Positions 51,426-61,089 are shown, numbered from the stretch's first letter. The stretch is DNA of 64,000 nucleotides from an uncultured Alphaproteobacteria bacterium (GCA_963815955.1 CAWFIQ010000025.1:57020-121019), one strand, 5' to 3'. Program-made: numbers and translations. Notes: a model not told the origin generated them from the letters alone.

Positions 51426-51476
51426 AACGGGAAAAAACGGCAAACGTTCCGGAACGAAGGTTATTCGAAAAACATT
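51426..51476. promoter_or_regulatory. Back-to-back divergent sigma-EcfG-type promoters
   Basis: GTTCCGGAAC palindrome provides both -35 boxes; minus strand N16-CGTT, plus strand N17-CATT. Confidence 0.7.
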
Positions 51477-51494
51477 CTGCTCAGAGAGGGATCC

Positions 51495-51956
51495 ATGCAC
51501 CTGTTCCGCTTCTTTGCCTTCCTGTTGTTTGCGACGTTGGCCTCTCCGGCGACGGGTGCGGAATGGCAAAGTTTTGTGATTCCAAGTACTGGGACCAGAG
51601 TCGAAATGCCGGTATCGACATTTACGGAAGAAACCGAACTGCCTGATGGGGGAGTTGGTCGACGCTTCTTCACGTCGGATCGCCGCGCCGATTTGACAAT
51701 ACAGTCTATCGAAAATCCCGGCGAAGTCTCACCTTCCGTGTTCCTCGCGAAAAGAAATCCGCCTCCGGGGATCAGCTATCGGAGGGTAACATCGACCTTC
51801 TTTGTCGTTTCCAGCGTTCGTAAGGACCGCATTTGGTACAACCGCTGTAATCGGTCGCCCGGGCGCATGCACTGCGTCTTGATCAACTATCCCGCTGCAC
51901 AGAAACGCCAGTGGGACAGTATTGTTACCAGGATAAGTCACACGCTGGGACCATAA
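51495..51956 (+). CDS. Secreted hypothetical protein
   Basis: Signal peptide; YRRVTSTFFVVS...IWYNRCN...CVLINYP. Confidence 0.75.
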   Translation: MHLFRFFAFLLFATLASPATGAEWQSFVIPSTGTRVEMPVSTFTEETELPDGGVGRRFFTSDRRADLTIQSIENPGEVSPSVFLAKRNPPPGISYRRVTSTFFVVSSVRKDRIWYNRCNRSPGRMHCVLINYPAAQKRQWDSIVTRISHTLGP

Positions 51957-52149
51957 GCGCGGAGTTTGTACGCGTCGCTAACAGCGTTGGCGACCATGTG
52001 AACGCCGTCCAGCAGCTAGAAGGCGCAGCGTTTAACTCTGACCGTACACGCCAACTGAACAACCGTTCAGAAAAGTCTCCATCCCCCGCAGGAACGTAAG
52101 GTTCGTTGTAGACGTTGTTCACCACAATGTCCTTCCAATGGAGAGACTC

Positions 52150-52419
52150 ATGAAGAAGTTAGTTCTAGCTGGTGCTGCGTTGGCGACGATAGCTTTGGGC
52201 CTTCCAAGTATTGCCACTGCTGAGGAGTTCAGCGTTCGTGTTGGCGGCGACCGGGGTATGCATCGAGATGGCGATTACCGGACGAGCCGTGAGTTCCGTG
52301 GGGCGCGAGCTGAGTATGGCTACGACCGACATGACCGCGGCCTTCACCGTGGTTGGTACAAGGATCGCGGAGAGCGCACGGTGATCATCAAGAAGCGTCA
52401 CCGTCATTGGGACGATTGA
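52150..52419 (+). CDS. Small secreted Arg/His/Gly-rich protein
   Basis: Signal peptide, GGAGAG RBS; GGAAC-N17-CGTT at 52091-52116. Confidence 0.75.
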   Translation: MKKLVLAGAALATIALGLPSIATAEEFSVRVGGDRGMHRDGDYRTSREFRGARAEYGYDRHDRGLHRGWYKDRGERTVIIKKRHRHWDD

Positions 52420-52420
52420 G

Positions 52421-52453
52421 AAAAATGGCCCCTTTACCGGGGCCATTTTTTTT
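52421..52453. terminator. Bidirectional rho-independent terminator
   Basis: AAAAATGGCCCC-tttacc-GGGGCCATTTTTTTT. Confidence 0.88.
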
Positions 52454-52699
52454 GAGGACTGCTCACCTCCGCGACGATGACCTTAGAGATCGTTCGTTCT
52501 GGTTACGTCCACGCGGGATTCGACCGTGAATTGTCGGCGCCTACTCTCATTGCGAAGTGACGTACTGAACGGCTTCCGAACGCAATCGATGGTTCCGGGG
52601 CCAGGCGCAATTCGGCGATCAGCATCCGCTTAAGGTCGCAGTCAAGGAACTAAAGGTTCGACGAGAGATTACGCTCGCTCCTGAACTCTGGAGAAAACG

Positions 52700-53017
52700 A
52701 TGAAACGCTCACTTCTCTTCATTTGTATTGGATTAATAGCGGCGACTACGGCTTCGGCACAAAATCCGCCCGCGCAGTCGGGACCGAACAACAGCGCAGT
52801 CAATAGCCCCGGTCAAAACAACTCAAGCGCTCCTGTCGCCGGCCGCAACAGTTTTACTGAAGGTCAAGCGAAGTCGAAAATCGAGGAAGCCGGCTACACC
52901 AACGTTACGGAACTGAAAAAGGACGACGCGGGTGTTTGGCGTGGGAAGGCCAGCAAAAGCGGTTCTGTCGCTTTGGTAAGCGTCGATTTTCAAGGCAACG
53001 TTAACTCTGCGAAGTAA
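52700..53017 (+). CDS. PepSY-like secreted protein
   Basis: NSFTEGQAKSKIEEAGYTNVTELKKDDAGVWRGKA...VSVDFQGNV; GGAAC-N16-GATT at 52646-52670. Confidence 0.85.
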   Translation: MKRSLLFICIGLIAATTASAQNPPAQSGPNNSAVNSPGQNNSSAPVAGRNSFTEGQAKSKIEEAGYTNVTELKKDDAGVWRGKASKSGSVALVSVDFQGNVNSAK

Positions 53018-53029
53018 GGAAAGCCCGAC

Positions 53030-53650
53030 ATGACCGTTACGATTTCTCGTCTCTACGATACGTACGCCGAAGCCGAGGCTGCCTTTCGGCGGCTGGAGAC
53101 CGCCGGAGTACCGCACGCGGACATCAGCATCCTGGCTAACAATTCCGACAGCTGGTTCAACACCGATAAGAAAGTGGATCGGGACCGTGACGGCCTCGAT
53201 GATCGCGCGGAAGGCGCAGGCAAGGGCGCTGGCATCGGCGCAGGCGTTGGTGGTACCGCCGGTCTTCTAGCCGGCCTTGGCTTGCTTGCGATCCCCGGGT
53301 TGGGGCCTGTTGTCGCAGCTGGCTGGTTGGCGGCGACCGCCGTCGGCGCAGCGGCAGGAGCGGCAACGGGCGGCATCGTGGGAGCTCTCACGCAAGCTGG
53401 GATCTCCGAAGAAGATGCCCATTCGTACGCAGAAGGCGTACGGCGCGGCGGCACGCTGGTAACCGCCAAGGTCGCTGACGGTGACCGCGCGCGCTTCGAT
53501 GCCGCCTTGAATGACTCTGCCGTTAACCTGCGGGACCGCCGCGCCGCTTGGCAGAAGGGGGGGTGGGCATCCTTTGATCCCGCAAGCCAACCTTATGGAG
53601 AGGAAGAGGTGCGTAAGGAGCGACAGCTTTACGATGCCGTACCTCGGTAA
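53030..53650 (+). CDS. General stress protein (YflT/Gsp17M-like with glycine zipper)
   Basis: ISRLYDTY...DISIL, GLGLLAIPGLGPVVAAG, YAEGVRRGGTLV. Confidence 0.88.
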   Translation: MTVTISRLYDTYAEAEAAFRRLETAGVPHADISILANNSDSWFNTDKKVDRDRDGLDDRAEGAGKGAGIGAGVGGTAGLLAGLGLLAIPGLGPVVAAGWLAATAVGAAAGAATGGIVGALTQAGISEEDAHSYAEGVRRGGTLVTAKVADGDRARFDAALNDSAVNLRDRRAAWQKGGWASFDPASQPYGEEEVRKERQLYDAVPR

Positions 53651-53657
53651 AAATCAG

Positions 53658-53686
53658 AAACGGCCCGCTACGGCGGGCCGTTTTAC
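53658..53686. terminator. Rho-independent terminator
   Basis: AAACGGCCCGC-tacg-GCGGGCCGTTT then TACTT. Confidence 0.8.
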
Positions 53687-53811
53687 TTTGTACAAGACTA
53701 AGCGGACCAAAAAAGAACCCCTGACAGGTTCGCGCGGCGGACGGACCCACCTCCCGTCTCACGTCACGACACCCATAACCTCTATTATATCGTTGATGTT
53801 TCGAGCGTTTT

Positions 53812-54939
53812 CTATCGAGCCAAGCCGACCGTGTCAGCCATCTTGGCTCCGCGCACGCCGAGCGGCTTAGGGTTACCGGTTGTCGTGTCGCGGATAGTCT
53901 GATGCTCCATCTCGGCATTTAGCTCGGCGCCCAATAGTACCGCAATTGCGGAGATCCAGAGCCATGTCATGAATCCGATGGCCGCCCCCAGCGAACCGTA
54001 GGTTTCATTGAACGTCCCGAAATTAGATGCGTAGAAGGAGAACAGTGCGGAGGCAGCGATCCAGAGAAACGTTGCCGCGGCGCTGCCCCAGGTGATCCAT
54101 CGCCAGCGCGGCGCCGCGCGGCTGGGTCCAAAGCGGTAGATAAAGGAGAGGCCGATGGCTAGTGCAAGGAACATTGCGGGCCAGCACGCAATCCGGATCA
54201 GGAGATCGACGGCATTCGACAGGGCGAGATATTCCAGCGCAACAGGAATGACAACGACTGCGCCCAGCGCCGACAGGATGAATGCGATCCCTGCGACGGT
54301 GAATCCCAGCGATATCGCGTTGAGCTTCAGGAAGCCGCGCTTTTCCGGTTCGCCGTACACGATGTTGAGCGTGTCGAACAGCGCCTTCATCGCGGCGTTC
54401 GCGCTGAAGAGCGATACGATAAGGCCTATCGCCAACGTAAACCCGAGCGTCTGGCTTCCCTTTGATGCGACCCGCGTCAGCTGTTCGCGAATAACATCAA
54501 CCGCGCCGCTCGGGATGAAGCCCGAGACTTCGTCGAGATGCTTCGCGATGCTGGCGGGGTCGGAAAACAGTCCGTAAATGGCGACAAGGGCCGCGAGCGC
54601 GGGAAAGATCGCGAGGATGCTGTAGTAGGTAATACCTGCCGCCAGCGCGAGAATGCGGTGGTCGCTTATGTTGCCGTACACGCGCCAGAGGATGTCTTTC
54701 CATCCTTTCGCGGGGATGTCCGACGGCGATTTCGCGCCCCGACCGCGGTCACCGTCTTCAGTGGCAAGCCCGGCGGACGATTCATGACGGCTTTCTTTTG
54801 GCTGCAAGGCGGGCTCCGCGCCCTTCGCGGGAGCCGCCCGCTCCATTACGAATGCTACGGCCAGAAGTCCGAGAGTTGCGGCAATGTCCCAGCCGCCAAG
54901 GGAGCCTTCTTCTCCACGCTCGCTTTTTATTTTGCTCAT
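53812..54939 (-). CDS. YihY/virulence factor BrkB family membrane protein
   Basis: LAAGITYYSILAIFP, YGSLGAAIGFMTWLW, LGAELNAE; GGAAC-N17-GATT at 54958-54983. Confidence 0.92.
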   Translation of the reverse strand: MSKIKSERGEEGSLGGWDIAATLGLLAVAFVMERAAPAKGAEPALQPKESRHESSAGLATEDGDRGRGAKSPSDIPAKGWKDILWRVYGNISDHRILALAAGITYYSILAIFPALAALVAIYGLFSDPASIAKHLDEVSGFIPSGAVDVIREQLTRVASKGSQTLGFTLAIGLIVSLFSANAAMKALFDTLNIVYGEPEKRGFLKLNAISLGFTVAGIAFILSALGAVVVIPVALEYLALSNAVDLLIRIACWPAMFLALAIGLSFIYRFGPSRAAPRWRWITWGSAAATFLWIAASALFSFYASNFGTFNETYGSLGAAIGFMTWLWISAIAVLLGAELNAEMEHQTIRDTTTGNPKPLGVRGAKMADTVGLAR

Positions 54940-55086
54940 GAGCATCTCCCCGAAGGTAATCGCGTTGAACGACCACGGGTTCCTTTTATAGGCGCGCGAA
55001 TGGTGCGGTATTTGCAAGGAATCGCGGACTAACGGAGACGAATTGACTAGCCTGCACCGCATGCGAGTGGCGTAGGAATTCGGGGT

Positions 55087-55299
55087 ATGAAAGGTTATCG
55101 AGCCTACATCCTTGGAGAGGACGGTCGCGTTCAAAATCGTGTCGATCCAGTTTGCGACGATGAAGCCGAGGCCATCAGGCTCGCCAAGCAGCTTGTCGAT
55201 GGACACGACGTTGAGCTACGGCAACTGGGTCGACTGGTCGAGACGTTCACTGTTCTCCCGTCCGCTGATCTCGGTTTCGGCTTGAAGCCAAAACTCTAA
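55087..55299 (+). CDS. Small hypothetical protein (YRAYILG family)
   Basis: YRAYILGEDG...DDEAEAIRLAKQLVDGHDVEL. Confidence 0.7.
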   Translation: MKGYRAYILGEDGRVQNRVDPVCDDEAEAIRLAKQLVDGHDVELRQLGRLVETFTVLPSADLGFGLKPKL

Positions 55300-55524
55300 G
55301 TCGCGGTCGGCGGGTCGGCCGTTTTGCTCCCACAGTTCCCGAGCGCGCACCGTGATCTCTTGCTTGGTGCGCCTCGCTCTCCGCCCGTCCCGCAGCTTCT
55401 GCCGCAATTCCTCAATGAAGGCTCTAAGTCGCTCATAAGTCGTCTGGTCCGTAACGCTGGAAGCGATCCGGCTCACCTGTTCGATCTTGCGCTCCAGTTC
55501 CTGGGAGTCTTCCTTGCTCTCCAT
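55216..55524 (-). CDS. DUF2934 domain protein, paralog of 41246-41518
   Basis: ELERKIEQ...DQTT.ERLRA.IE.L; RARELWEQNGRPADRDLEFWLQAE. Confidence 0.85.
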   Translation of the reverse strand: MESKEDSQELERKIEQVSRIASSVTDQTTYERLRAFIEELRQKLRDGRRARRTKQEITVRARELWEQNGRPADRDLEFWLQAETEISGRENSERLDQSTQLP

Positions 55525-55806
55525 GTCTTCCCTCGGCGAACAGAGTCCGCATCCTTGGATTCTATTCCCATCAATTGGGAATGTTCCTCGCGGTTGTGGG
55601 TTCCTGTGTGCCTTTGTGCACTGACGGCTGGCGAGAATGCTGGTTTGATATTTTCATTACCGATCCTTGGAATATATTTGCGATCAGTTCGGCACACGCG
55701 CCGGGCTTTTCGTCTTCCTGCTATTCCACTTTCGGTTGGCAACCGGACAAACGGAAGCGTCAACGGGTGTTACAAAGCCCCAAATTGAACGGCTGCCGAT
55801 TATCGG

Positions 55807-56043
55807 ATGACAAAGTTATATTTTGATTATCAAGATGCCAACGGCATCCTGAAAGACGATGTTGGCGAGGAACTGCCCGACACCGCGGTGGCGCGGAAGG
55901 AAGCACTCGTGACCGCCGGTCAGACACTTCAAGATTTGGCGAATCGCGACTTGGAGGGGCGCGTCGTGATTGAGGTTCGCGACCTCGACGGACCTGTCCT
56001 CAGAGTTTCTGCAACCGTCGAGACAGCTCCGCTCAAGGGTTGA
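55807..56043 (+). CDS. DUF6894-type small protein
   Basis: LYFDYQD...DDVGEELPD...ARKEAL...IEVRD. Confidence 0.75.
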   Translation: MTKLYFDYQDANGILKDDVGEELPDTAVARKEALVTAGQTLQDLANRDLEGRVVIEVRDLDGPVLRVSATVETAPLKG

Positions 56044-56142
56044 AGCGGCGGTTCGTCAAGTGCGAATTACCCTGCTACTTCTGATTGGTCGGCGATGCCT
56101 TCGGGGCGCGAACGTTCAATGATCCCGCACACGATAAAAAGA

Positions 56143-56328
56143 TTATTTGGGGCGGCGACCGCGAGGCGAAAACCTGGGCGCCTGTAATTGGTCGGCGGCA
56201 CTCCTCAGCTTCCCAGCTTCCTTAAATGCCTCAGAACGAGCGGCGCCTGGAGGGAGGCTGCGCGCGCACTTTAGCGCTGCGTGGGCCGCGGCGTCCGCCT
56301 GCTCGAAGTCGTGCTTTTCATCAATCAC
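56143..56328 (-). CDS. Small helical protein, paralog of 41832
   Basis: ARSLPPGAARSEAFKEAGKLRSAAD. Confidence 0.6.
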   Translation of the reverse strand: MIDEKHDFEQADAAAHAALKCARSLPPGAARSEAFKEAGKLRSAADQLQAPRFSPRGRRPK

Positions 56329-56338
56329 TTCTACGCCT

Positions 56339-56557
56339 TCAGCTCTTATAAGCCGCCGATTCGAACAATCTGTCGGTCGATTTATCCAGCCGTCTTTCTC
56401 CGGCTGGGGAGCTAAGGTGACCTACGAATTCGCCCGTCGGTTTATAAATCTTTTGGCCCCGGAGGTCGTAAAGTTTCTTGTCAGATAGATTACAAATTTG
56501 GTTGGCTTGAATGTAAGCGACGTACTGTCCTTCGCTGGTGAGTATTCTACCATCCAT
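56339..56557 (-). CDS. Small beta-rich hypothetical protein
   Basis: MDGRILTSEGQYVAYI...LYDLRGQKIYKPTGEFVGHL. Confidence 0.55.
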   Translation of the reverse strand: MDGRILTSEGQYVAYIQANQICNLSDKKLYDLRGQKIYKPTGEFVGHLSSPAGERRLDKSTDRLFESAAYKS

Positions 56558-56879
56558 CGCGCTCGAGTTCCTCGGGAGGCCCATTCACTGGAGGGCCATC
56601 AGCACCGTGAGGGGAGCGGAGTTGGACTGGGCACGGCGGAGAGCATTGGTCTGCACCTCTCAATACAAAGCGTTCGCGCAACCGGCATGAGCGATGCCGG
56701 GTAATCCGCGGTCTCTTGAACCCGCAATCTACCGCTCCTCCGGCATATTTCGCGTTGAGTTGGAACTTTGCAGATTGCGCAAGCTGATCAGCCGCATGCT
56801 GGGCCGCGGAAGGTTGTTCCGGACCCAGGAACAGGGCTGCCTTTCAACGGTTGGTGTCGTTCAACAGAGGAGTGACCCT

Positions 56880-57395
56880 GTGGCGAAAAAACCTAAGAAG
56901 CTTGAAGACCTTTTTCATGAAACACTGAAGGACATCTACTTCGCTGAGAACAAGATTCTTAAAACCCTTCCGAAAATGGCAAAGGCGGCGCAGTCGAAGG
57001 AGTTGAGGGCCGCTTTCGTCCAGCATGAGCGAGAGACCAAGGGACAGGTTAAGCGTCTCGATCGGGTCTTCAAAATTATCGGCAAGCCTGCCAAGGGGAA
57101 GACCTGCGCTGCCATCAACGGGATCACGGAAGAGGGATCCGAGATCATGAAGGACTTTAAGGGAATGCCAGCCCTCGATGCCGGGCTTCTCGCTGCCGCA
57201 CAGGCCGTCGAACACTATGAGATTTCGCGGTATGGGACGCTCGCCACGTGGGCCGACGAGCTCGGGTACGGAGAGGCGGTCGACCTCCTCAAAGCCACAC
57301 TGCAGGAAGAGAAGAACACGGATAAAACCTTAACTGGCATTGCCAAATCGGTGGTCAATATCGAAGCCGAAGAGGCCGAGAGAGTAGACGCCTAA
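56880..57395 (+). CDS. yciF: Ferritin-like DUF892 protein
   Basis: LKDIYFAE, HERET, AAAQAVEHYEISRYGTL, EEKNTD; GGAAC-N16-GGTT at 56828-56852. Confidence 0.93.
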   Translation: MAKKPKKLEDLFHETLKDIYFAENKILKTLPKMAKAAQSKELRAAFVQHERETKGQVKRLDRVFKIIGKPAKGKTCAAINGITEEGSEIMKDFKGMPALDAGLLAAAQAVEHYEISRYGTLATWADELGYGEAVDLLKATLQEEKNTDKTLTGIAKSVVNIEAEEAERVDA

Positions 57396-57411
57396 TCTAT
57401 CACGTATACTT

Positions 57412-57445
57412 GCAGAAGATCCCGCCTCAGGGAGGGATCTTCTGC
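57412..57445. terminator. Hairpin between the convergent yciF and NUDIX genes
   Basis: GCAGAAGATCCC-N10-GGGATCTTCTGC. Confidence 0.75.
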
Positions 57446-57447
57446 TG

Positions 57448-57930
57448 TTACGAGTTGCTTGCGATCATTGCCGCCAGGCGATCCAGAAAAACAGCTTGCC
57501 CCTTCAAAATCTTCGCGCGGGCCTCGGCAATTCCGAACCACCTTGCACGGTCGAGTTCGGGAAACGGTTGCCTTTGGCCGGACTTCGGTGGCCATTCCAT
57601 CTCGAACGAATTGCCCTTGAGCAAAGTCGCATCCCAGGCGTCTTCGACTGCCCATGCATGGACGATCTTCCCTCCCGGCTGCTTCGCCTCACCGAGGAGT
57701 AGGGACTTTCCACGCGGTCTGTATCCGGTTTCTTCCGCGAACTCGCGCTTTGCGGCGGCGAGAGGGGACTCGCCTTCGCCAATCAGACCTTTGGGGATCG
57801 ACCACGAGGCGAGGTCTTTATTGCGCCAGAACGGGCCTCCGGGATGCCCGAGCAGAACCTCTATATTGCCAGCTGTACAGCGGTAGAGCAAAAGGCCCGC
57901 GCTTCGTCCACTTGCGGCAGCTTTTTTCAA
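57448..57930 (-). CDS. NUDIX hydrolase (COG4119 type)
   Basis: HPGGPFWRNKD...WSIPKG, AAAKREFAEETG, FPELDRARWF. Confidence 0.9.
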   Translation of the reverse strand: MKKAAASGRSAGLLLYRCTAGNIEVLLGHPGGPFWRNKDLASWSIPKGLIGEGESPLAAAKREFAEETGYRPRGKSLLLGEAKQPGGKIVHAWAVEDAWDATLLKGNSFEMEWPPKSGQRQPFPELDRARWFGIAEARAKILKGQAVFLDRLAAMIASNS

Positions 57931-58147
57931 CTTCGCACGCTGTGCCGCATTGCGCGCGGTTTGCCGCCTAATTGTTCTTGATGACTTATAACGATAACTC
58001 GCGAGACATGCCTCATCCTCATTTCGACTTTGGTATTTAGCTGACTTAGCTAACCTACCTTATGGGTGTCTGGCCGACTGCGACCCGCATGGCGGGAAAA
58101 AGCAGCAATGCACTAGCAACTAAACAATCTAGCCTGCGTTTCGGTAG

Positions 58148-58309
58148 ATGCTAGATAGCGACCCAATCAAGTTTCGGGAACAAGCGAGGGAATGTCTCGA
58201 TCAAGCCAACAAGGCCAGAGACCCGCTCGATCAGGAGGCATGGCTCGGCTTGGCCGACGACTTCATAAAGCTCGCAGTAGCTTTGGAGCAAGCACAGCGC
58301 TCGCAATAG
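58148..58309 (+). CDS. 53-aa helical protein (not in the ORF track)
   Basis: FREQARECLDQANKARDPLDQEAWLGLADDFIKLA. Confidence 0.65.
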   Translation: MLDSDPIKFREQARECLDQANKARDPLDQEAWLGLADDFIKLAVALEQAQRSQ

Positions 58310-58812
58310 CGTGGGACAGGTTGATCATCAGCAAACGACCTTAGAGAAAAGAGCGGATGTTGCTTCACCCTTAACGAATTTCCGGTGGCGACCCGAAGTA
58401 GACGTTGTTGCTGCAACGCCTGAACGAACGTCAAACTAGCCTTCGGGCTGAGCTGATGTCGTGAGAATAATGCGAGCATTCCACGATGGCCGATAGCTAC
58501 CTTCAGCGCTATTGGATCGCGTTCCCCATTTGCGGCCGGCGCAAGTATGTGAGACGCAATCTCGCAATTTGCTTTTGATTTCTATCTCACTTCGGGGAGC
58601 GTTTTGCTTGCTGCGCAGCGGGAGGGCAGTCTCGATTTGGCTCTGTTTAATTCGCTTCGGAGCCTGTGGTAGGACCCGATCCCAAGCGTGTCATTCCAGA
58701 GTTTCGGTTGCCGCTCCCGCTCTTGGGCTCGATTGACCGCTTCCTCCCTGCAGAGGAACGCTTGGACATTTGGCCCGTTGAAACGCCACACAGGAAAATT
58801 AGGGAGACATTT

Positions 58813-59097
58813 ATGCAAATCAATCTCAGAACAGTCTGCGTTGCCGCAGCGGTGATTGTTGCCAGCACGACGATGGCTTCTGCACAGGGCAGTACCGATC
58901 GCAACGGCAACGCGATGGGTTCTCAGAATGTTGGTCAGGGAACGACAGGCGGCGCCATAAAGGACAACAAGGCAACGACGGGTATGAGCCCCACCAGTCC
59001 ATCGCAGAATAGTCCCAACGGCTCGCCGAATGCACCTCCCACAACGAAGCAAGGTCCACAGGGCGACCCCTCGAAAGCCAATGACACGCCGAAGTAG
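58813..59097 (+). CDS. Small secreted low-complexity protein
   Basis: GGGAG RBS, signal peptide, S/T/G/P/N-rich; GGAAC-N16-CGTT at 58755-58779. Confidence 0.75.
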   Translation: MQINLRTVCVAAAVIVASTTMASAQGSTDRNGNAMGSQNVGQGTTGGAIKDNKATTGMSPTSPSQNSPNGSPNAPPTTKQGPQGDPSKANDTPK

Positions 59098-59175
59098 GAG
59101 TTGGACCGCGAAGATGAGCCGCCCCGGAGCCACCCTCCGTGGCGGATCTCCTTATTGGTACCTTTGGAGCGTGCG

Positions 59176-59352
59176 ATGCAAAAAGTCATTGATCGGGTGA
59201 CGAAAACCTTCGGAATGACAAGGCCGATTTCCGAAAAAGAGACAGAGCAGACGCGCGAGGTATTGCTCGATTTTCTATCGAAGCGGCCTGGCACGGACGA
59301 CCACGTGGCAACCGTGGAAGGACTGAACTTCTTGAGAAACCTTAAAACGTGA
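59176..59352 (+). CDS. Small hypothetical protein
   Basis: GGAG RBS; MQKVIDRVTKTFG...ATVEGLNFLR. Confidence 0.6.
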   Translation: MQKVIDRVTKTFGMTRPISEKETEQTREVLLDFLSKRPGTDDHVATVEGLNFLRNLKT

Positions 59353-59359
59353 GGACCCC

Positions 59360-59503
59360 ATGGAAATCGTTTACTTCATCGGAGCGATGATACTCCTTAC
59401 AGCGCTGATTTACGGGACCCTGAACTATCGCTATCGGGACAAGTCAAAGAACAAAATCGCCGATCAGGTTGTCCGAGACCGATACCATCGCAACGAGACC
59501 TGA
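59360..59503 (+). CDS. 47-aa membrane peptide (not in the ORF track)
   Basis: GAGG RBS; MEIVYFIGAMILLTALIYGTLNY...VVRDRYHRNET. Confidence 0.7.
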   Translation: MEIVYFIGAMILLTALIYGTLNYRYRDKSKNKIADQVVRDRYHRNET

Positions 59504-59568
59504 GCATTCGACGAAAGTAAAGGCCGCCTCGCATGGCGGCCTCTTACTTTACGTTCTTGATAGGAAGG

Positions 59569-59892
59569 TTAGCAGTCTTTATCAATTATCTTCGCTGAGG
59601 GTTGGCCGCCTTGGGCCTGCTGCGCGGCCGTGGGTTGTCCCTGCATTTGTGCCTGCGAATCTTGCGATGACGTTGCGACGCCGCCTGTTGCGCGGTTCAT
59701 TGTATCTGTTGGCGGATGCTGATTGGAGGATTGCGTACTACCAGTTGTTTGACTGGTAGCTCCGACTGTGGGACCTGAACCGGCGTCGCGGTTCGCGGAC
59801 GTACCACCGGTGCTGCACGGGCCCGCCTGGGCGGTGGCGGCGCTTAAAAGCAATGCAGTGCCCGCTGCGAGAAGCATTCGTTTCGTTTGCAT
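59569..59892 (-). CDS. Small secreted protein with terminal Cys pair (AGPC...DC)
   Basis: Signal peptide, Q/T/G-rich; GGAAC-N16-TGTT at 59959-59983. Confidence 0.75.
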   Translation of the reverse strand: MQTKRMLLAAGTALLLSAATAQAGPCSTGGTSANRDAGSGPTVGATSQTTGSTQSSNQHPPTDTMNRATGGVATSSQDSQAQMQGQPTAAQQAQGGQPSAKIIDKDC

Positions 59893-60076
59893 AGAGTTCT
59901 CTCCCTGGTTTCATCCTTTGGAATGCGTTCATTCGCATTCCGAAGGACTTGCCAGAACAACAAGATCAACTATCGCCAGTTCCTCGATGTCGGGGTGATT
60001 TGGCTTTCTAGTTCAATTCCCGCTTGCAATTGTTAGCCAATTGCCTTGGGATGTAGATCCTCGGCTAGTGGAGTGA

Positions 60077-60286
60077 ATGAGCGTGGCGACAGGCACTGTA
60101 AAGTGGTTCAACCCCACCAAGGGTTATGGATTTATTCAGCCGGACAACGGCGGCAAGGACGTATTTGTCCATATCTCGGCTGTCGAGAAGGCGGGTCTGA
60201 GCGGTCTGAATGAGGGCGCCAAGGTGAGCTATGAGGTAGTGGCGAACCGCGGCAAGGAGTCCGCCGAAAACCTGAGGGTAGGTTGA
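60077..60286 (+). CDS. cspA: Cold-shock protein, second copy
   Basis: RNP1/RNP2; 66 of 69 aa identical to the 30011 copy. Confidence 0.95.
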   Translation: MSVATGTVKWFNPTKGYGFIQPDNGGKDVFVHISAVEKAGLSGLNEGAKVSYEVVANRGKESAENLRVG

Positions 60287-60426
60287 ACCGAGGCCATCGT
60301 CTCGGGAAAACAGTCGGGCCGGCCAGCGCCAAGGCGGAAGATGACAAACCCCGAAGTTCGCAAGGGTTGCTTAGCCGTTCCCTGGTCAGTCTTTGAAACA
60401 CCGGAATAGGTGCGAGCGCGGGCACC

Positions 60427-61089
60427 TTATACGGCAGCTTTGTCTTCCTTGTCCGCGCCGCGCGCTACGATCCCGATCGCATCGTCGGGCAACGGCCGTT
60501 GCAGCGACTTGGCCTCATCCCATGGCGCGCGCATCCAGACATCACGTTCCTCGCTGGTCGACAGGATTACCGGCATGGCCTTCGGATGGATAGGTTCGAC
60601 CACCGCGTTCGGCGAAGTGGTCAGGAAGCCGTAAACAAGGTGGGGGCCCGCGATCGGTTTCGATTTTGTACCGCGGTCGCCCTTGAACTCGGTCCAGATG
60701 CCGGCGTAGCAGGTCAGCGGCCTATCGTCGTTGATCGCGAACCAAACCACGTCCTTTTTCCTTGTTTCCGGGGTCGGCTCAGGCGCGTACTCAGCGAAGC
60801 TGTTGAACGGCACCAGGCAGCGGCTTTCGGGCTTCAACCAGCCGCGCCAGTGCGGCGATGAGGTATTGCGGATGTTGGTGACCGGCGGCCCACCAGTCCG
60901 CGGCGGTGGCGGCATACCCCAGCGCATCAGGACAAGCTCTCGCTCGGTGCCAGCGTTGCGCACAACTGGCGCGGGATAATCTGGAAATACGCCTCGCATG
61001 GGTGGCAGATTGCCAACATAGCGATTCACCACCCGAAACAGCGCGCGAATGGCTTCCTGGTTAGTGGTGATCGAATACAAATTGCACAT
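60427..61089 (-). CDS. SOS response-associated peptidase (SRAP/HMCES/YedK)
   Basis: N-terminal MCNLY (Cys2), [23 protein letters not shown]. Confidence 0.92.
   Translation of the reverse strand: MCNLYSITTNQEAIRALFRVVNRYVGNLPPMRGVFPDYPAPVVRNAGTERELVLMRWGMPPPPRTGGPPVTNIRNTSSPHWRGWLKPESRCLVPFNSFAEYAPEPTPETRKKDVVWFAINDDRPLTCYAGIWTEFKGDRGTKSKPIAGPHLVYGFLTTSPNAVVEPIHPKAMPVILSTSEERDVWMRAPWDEAKSLQRPLPDDAIGIVARGADKEDKAAV

Noticed and set aside
55087-56557. Toxin-antitoxin pairs among the small ORFs
   Set aside because: No RelE/ParE, PIN, HicA, MazF or RHH/Xre motifs recognised, and no coupled two-gene layout
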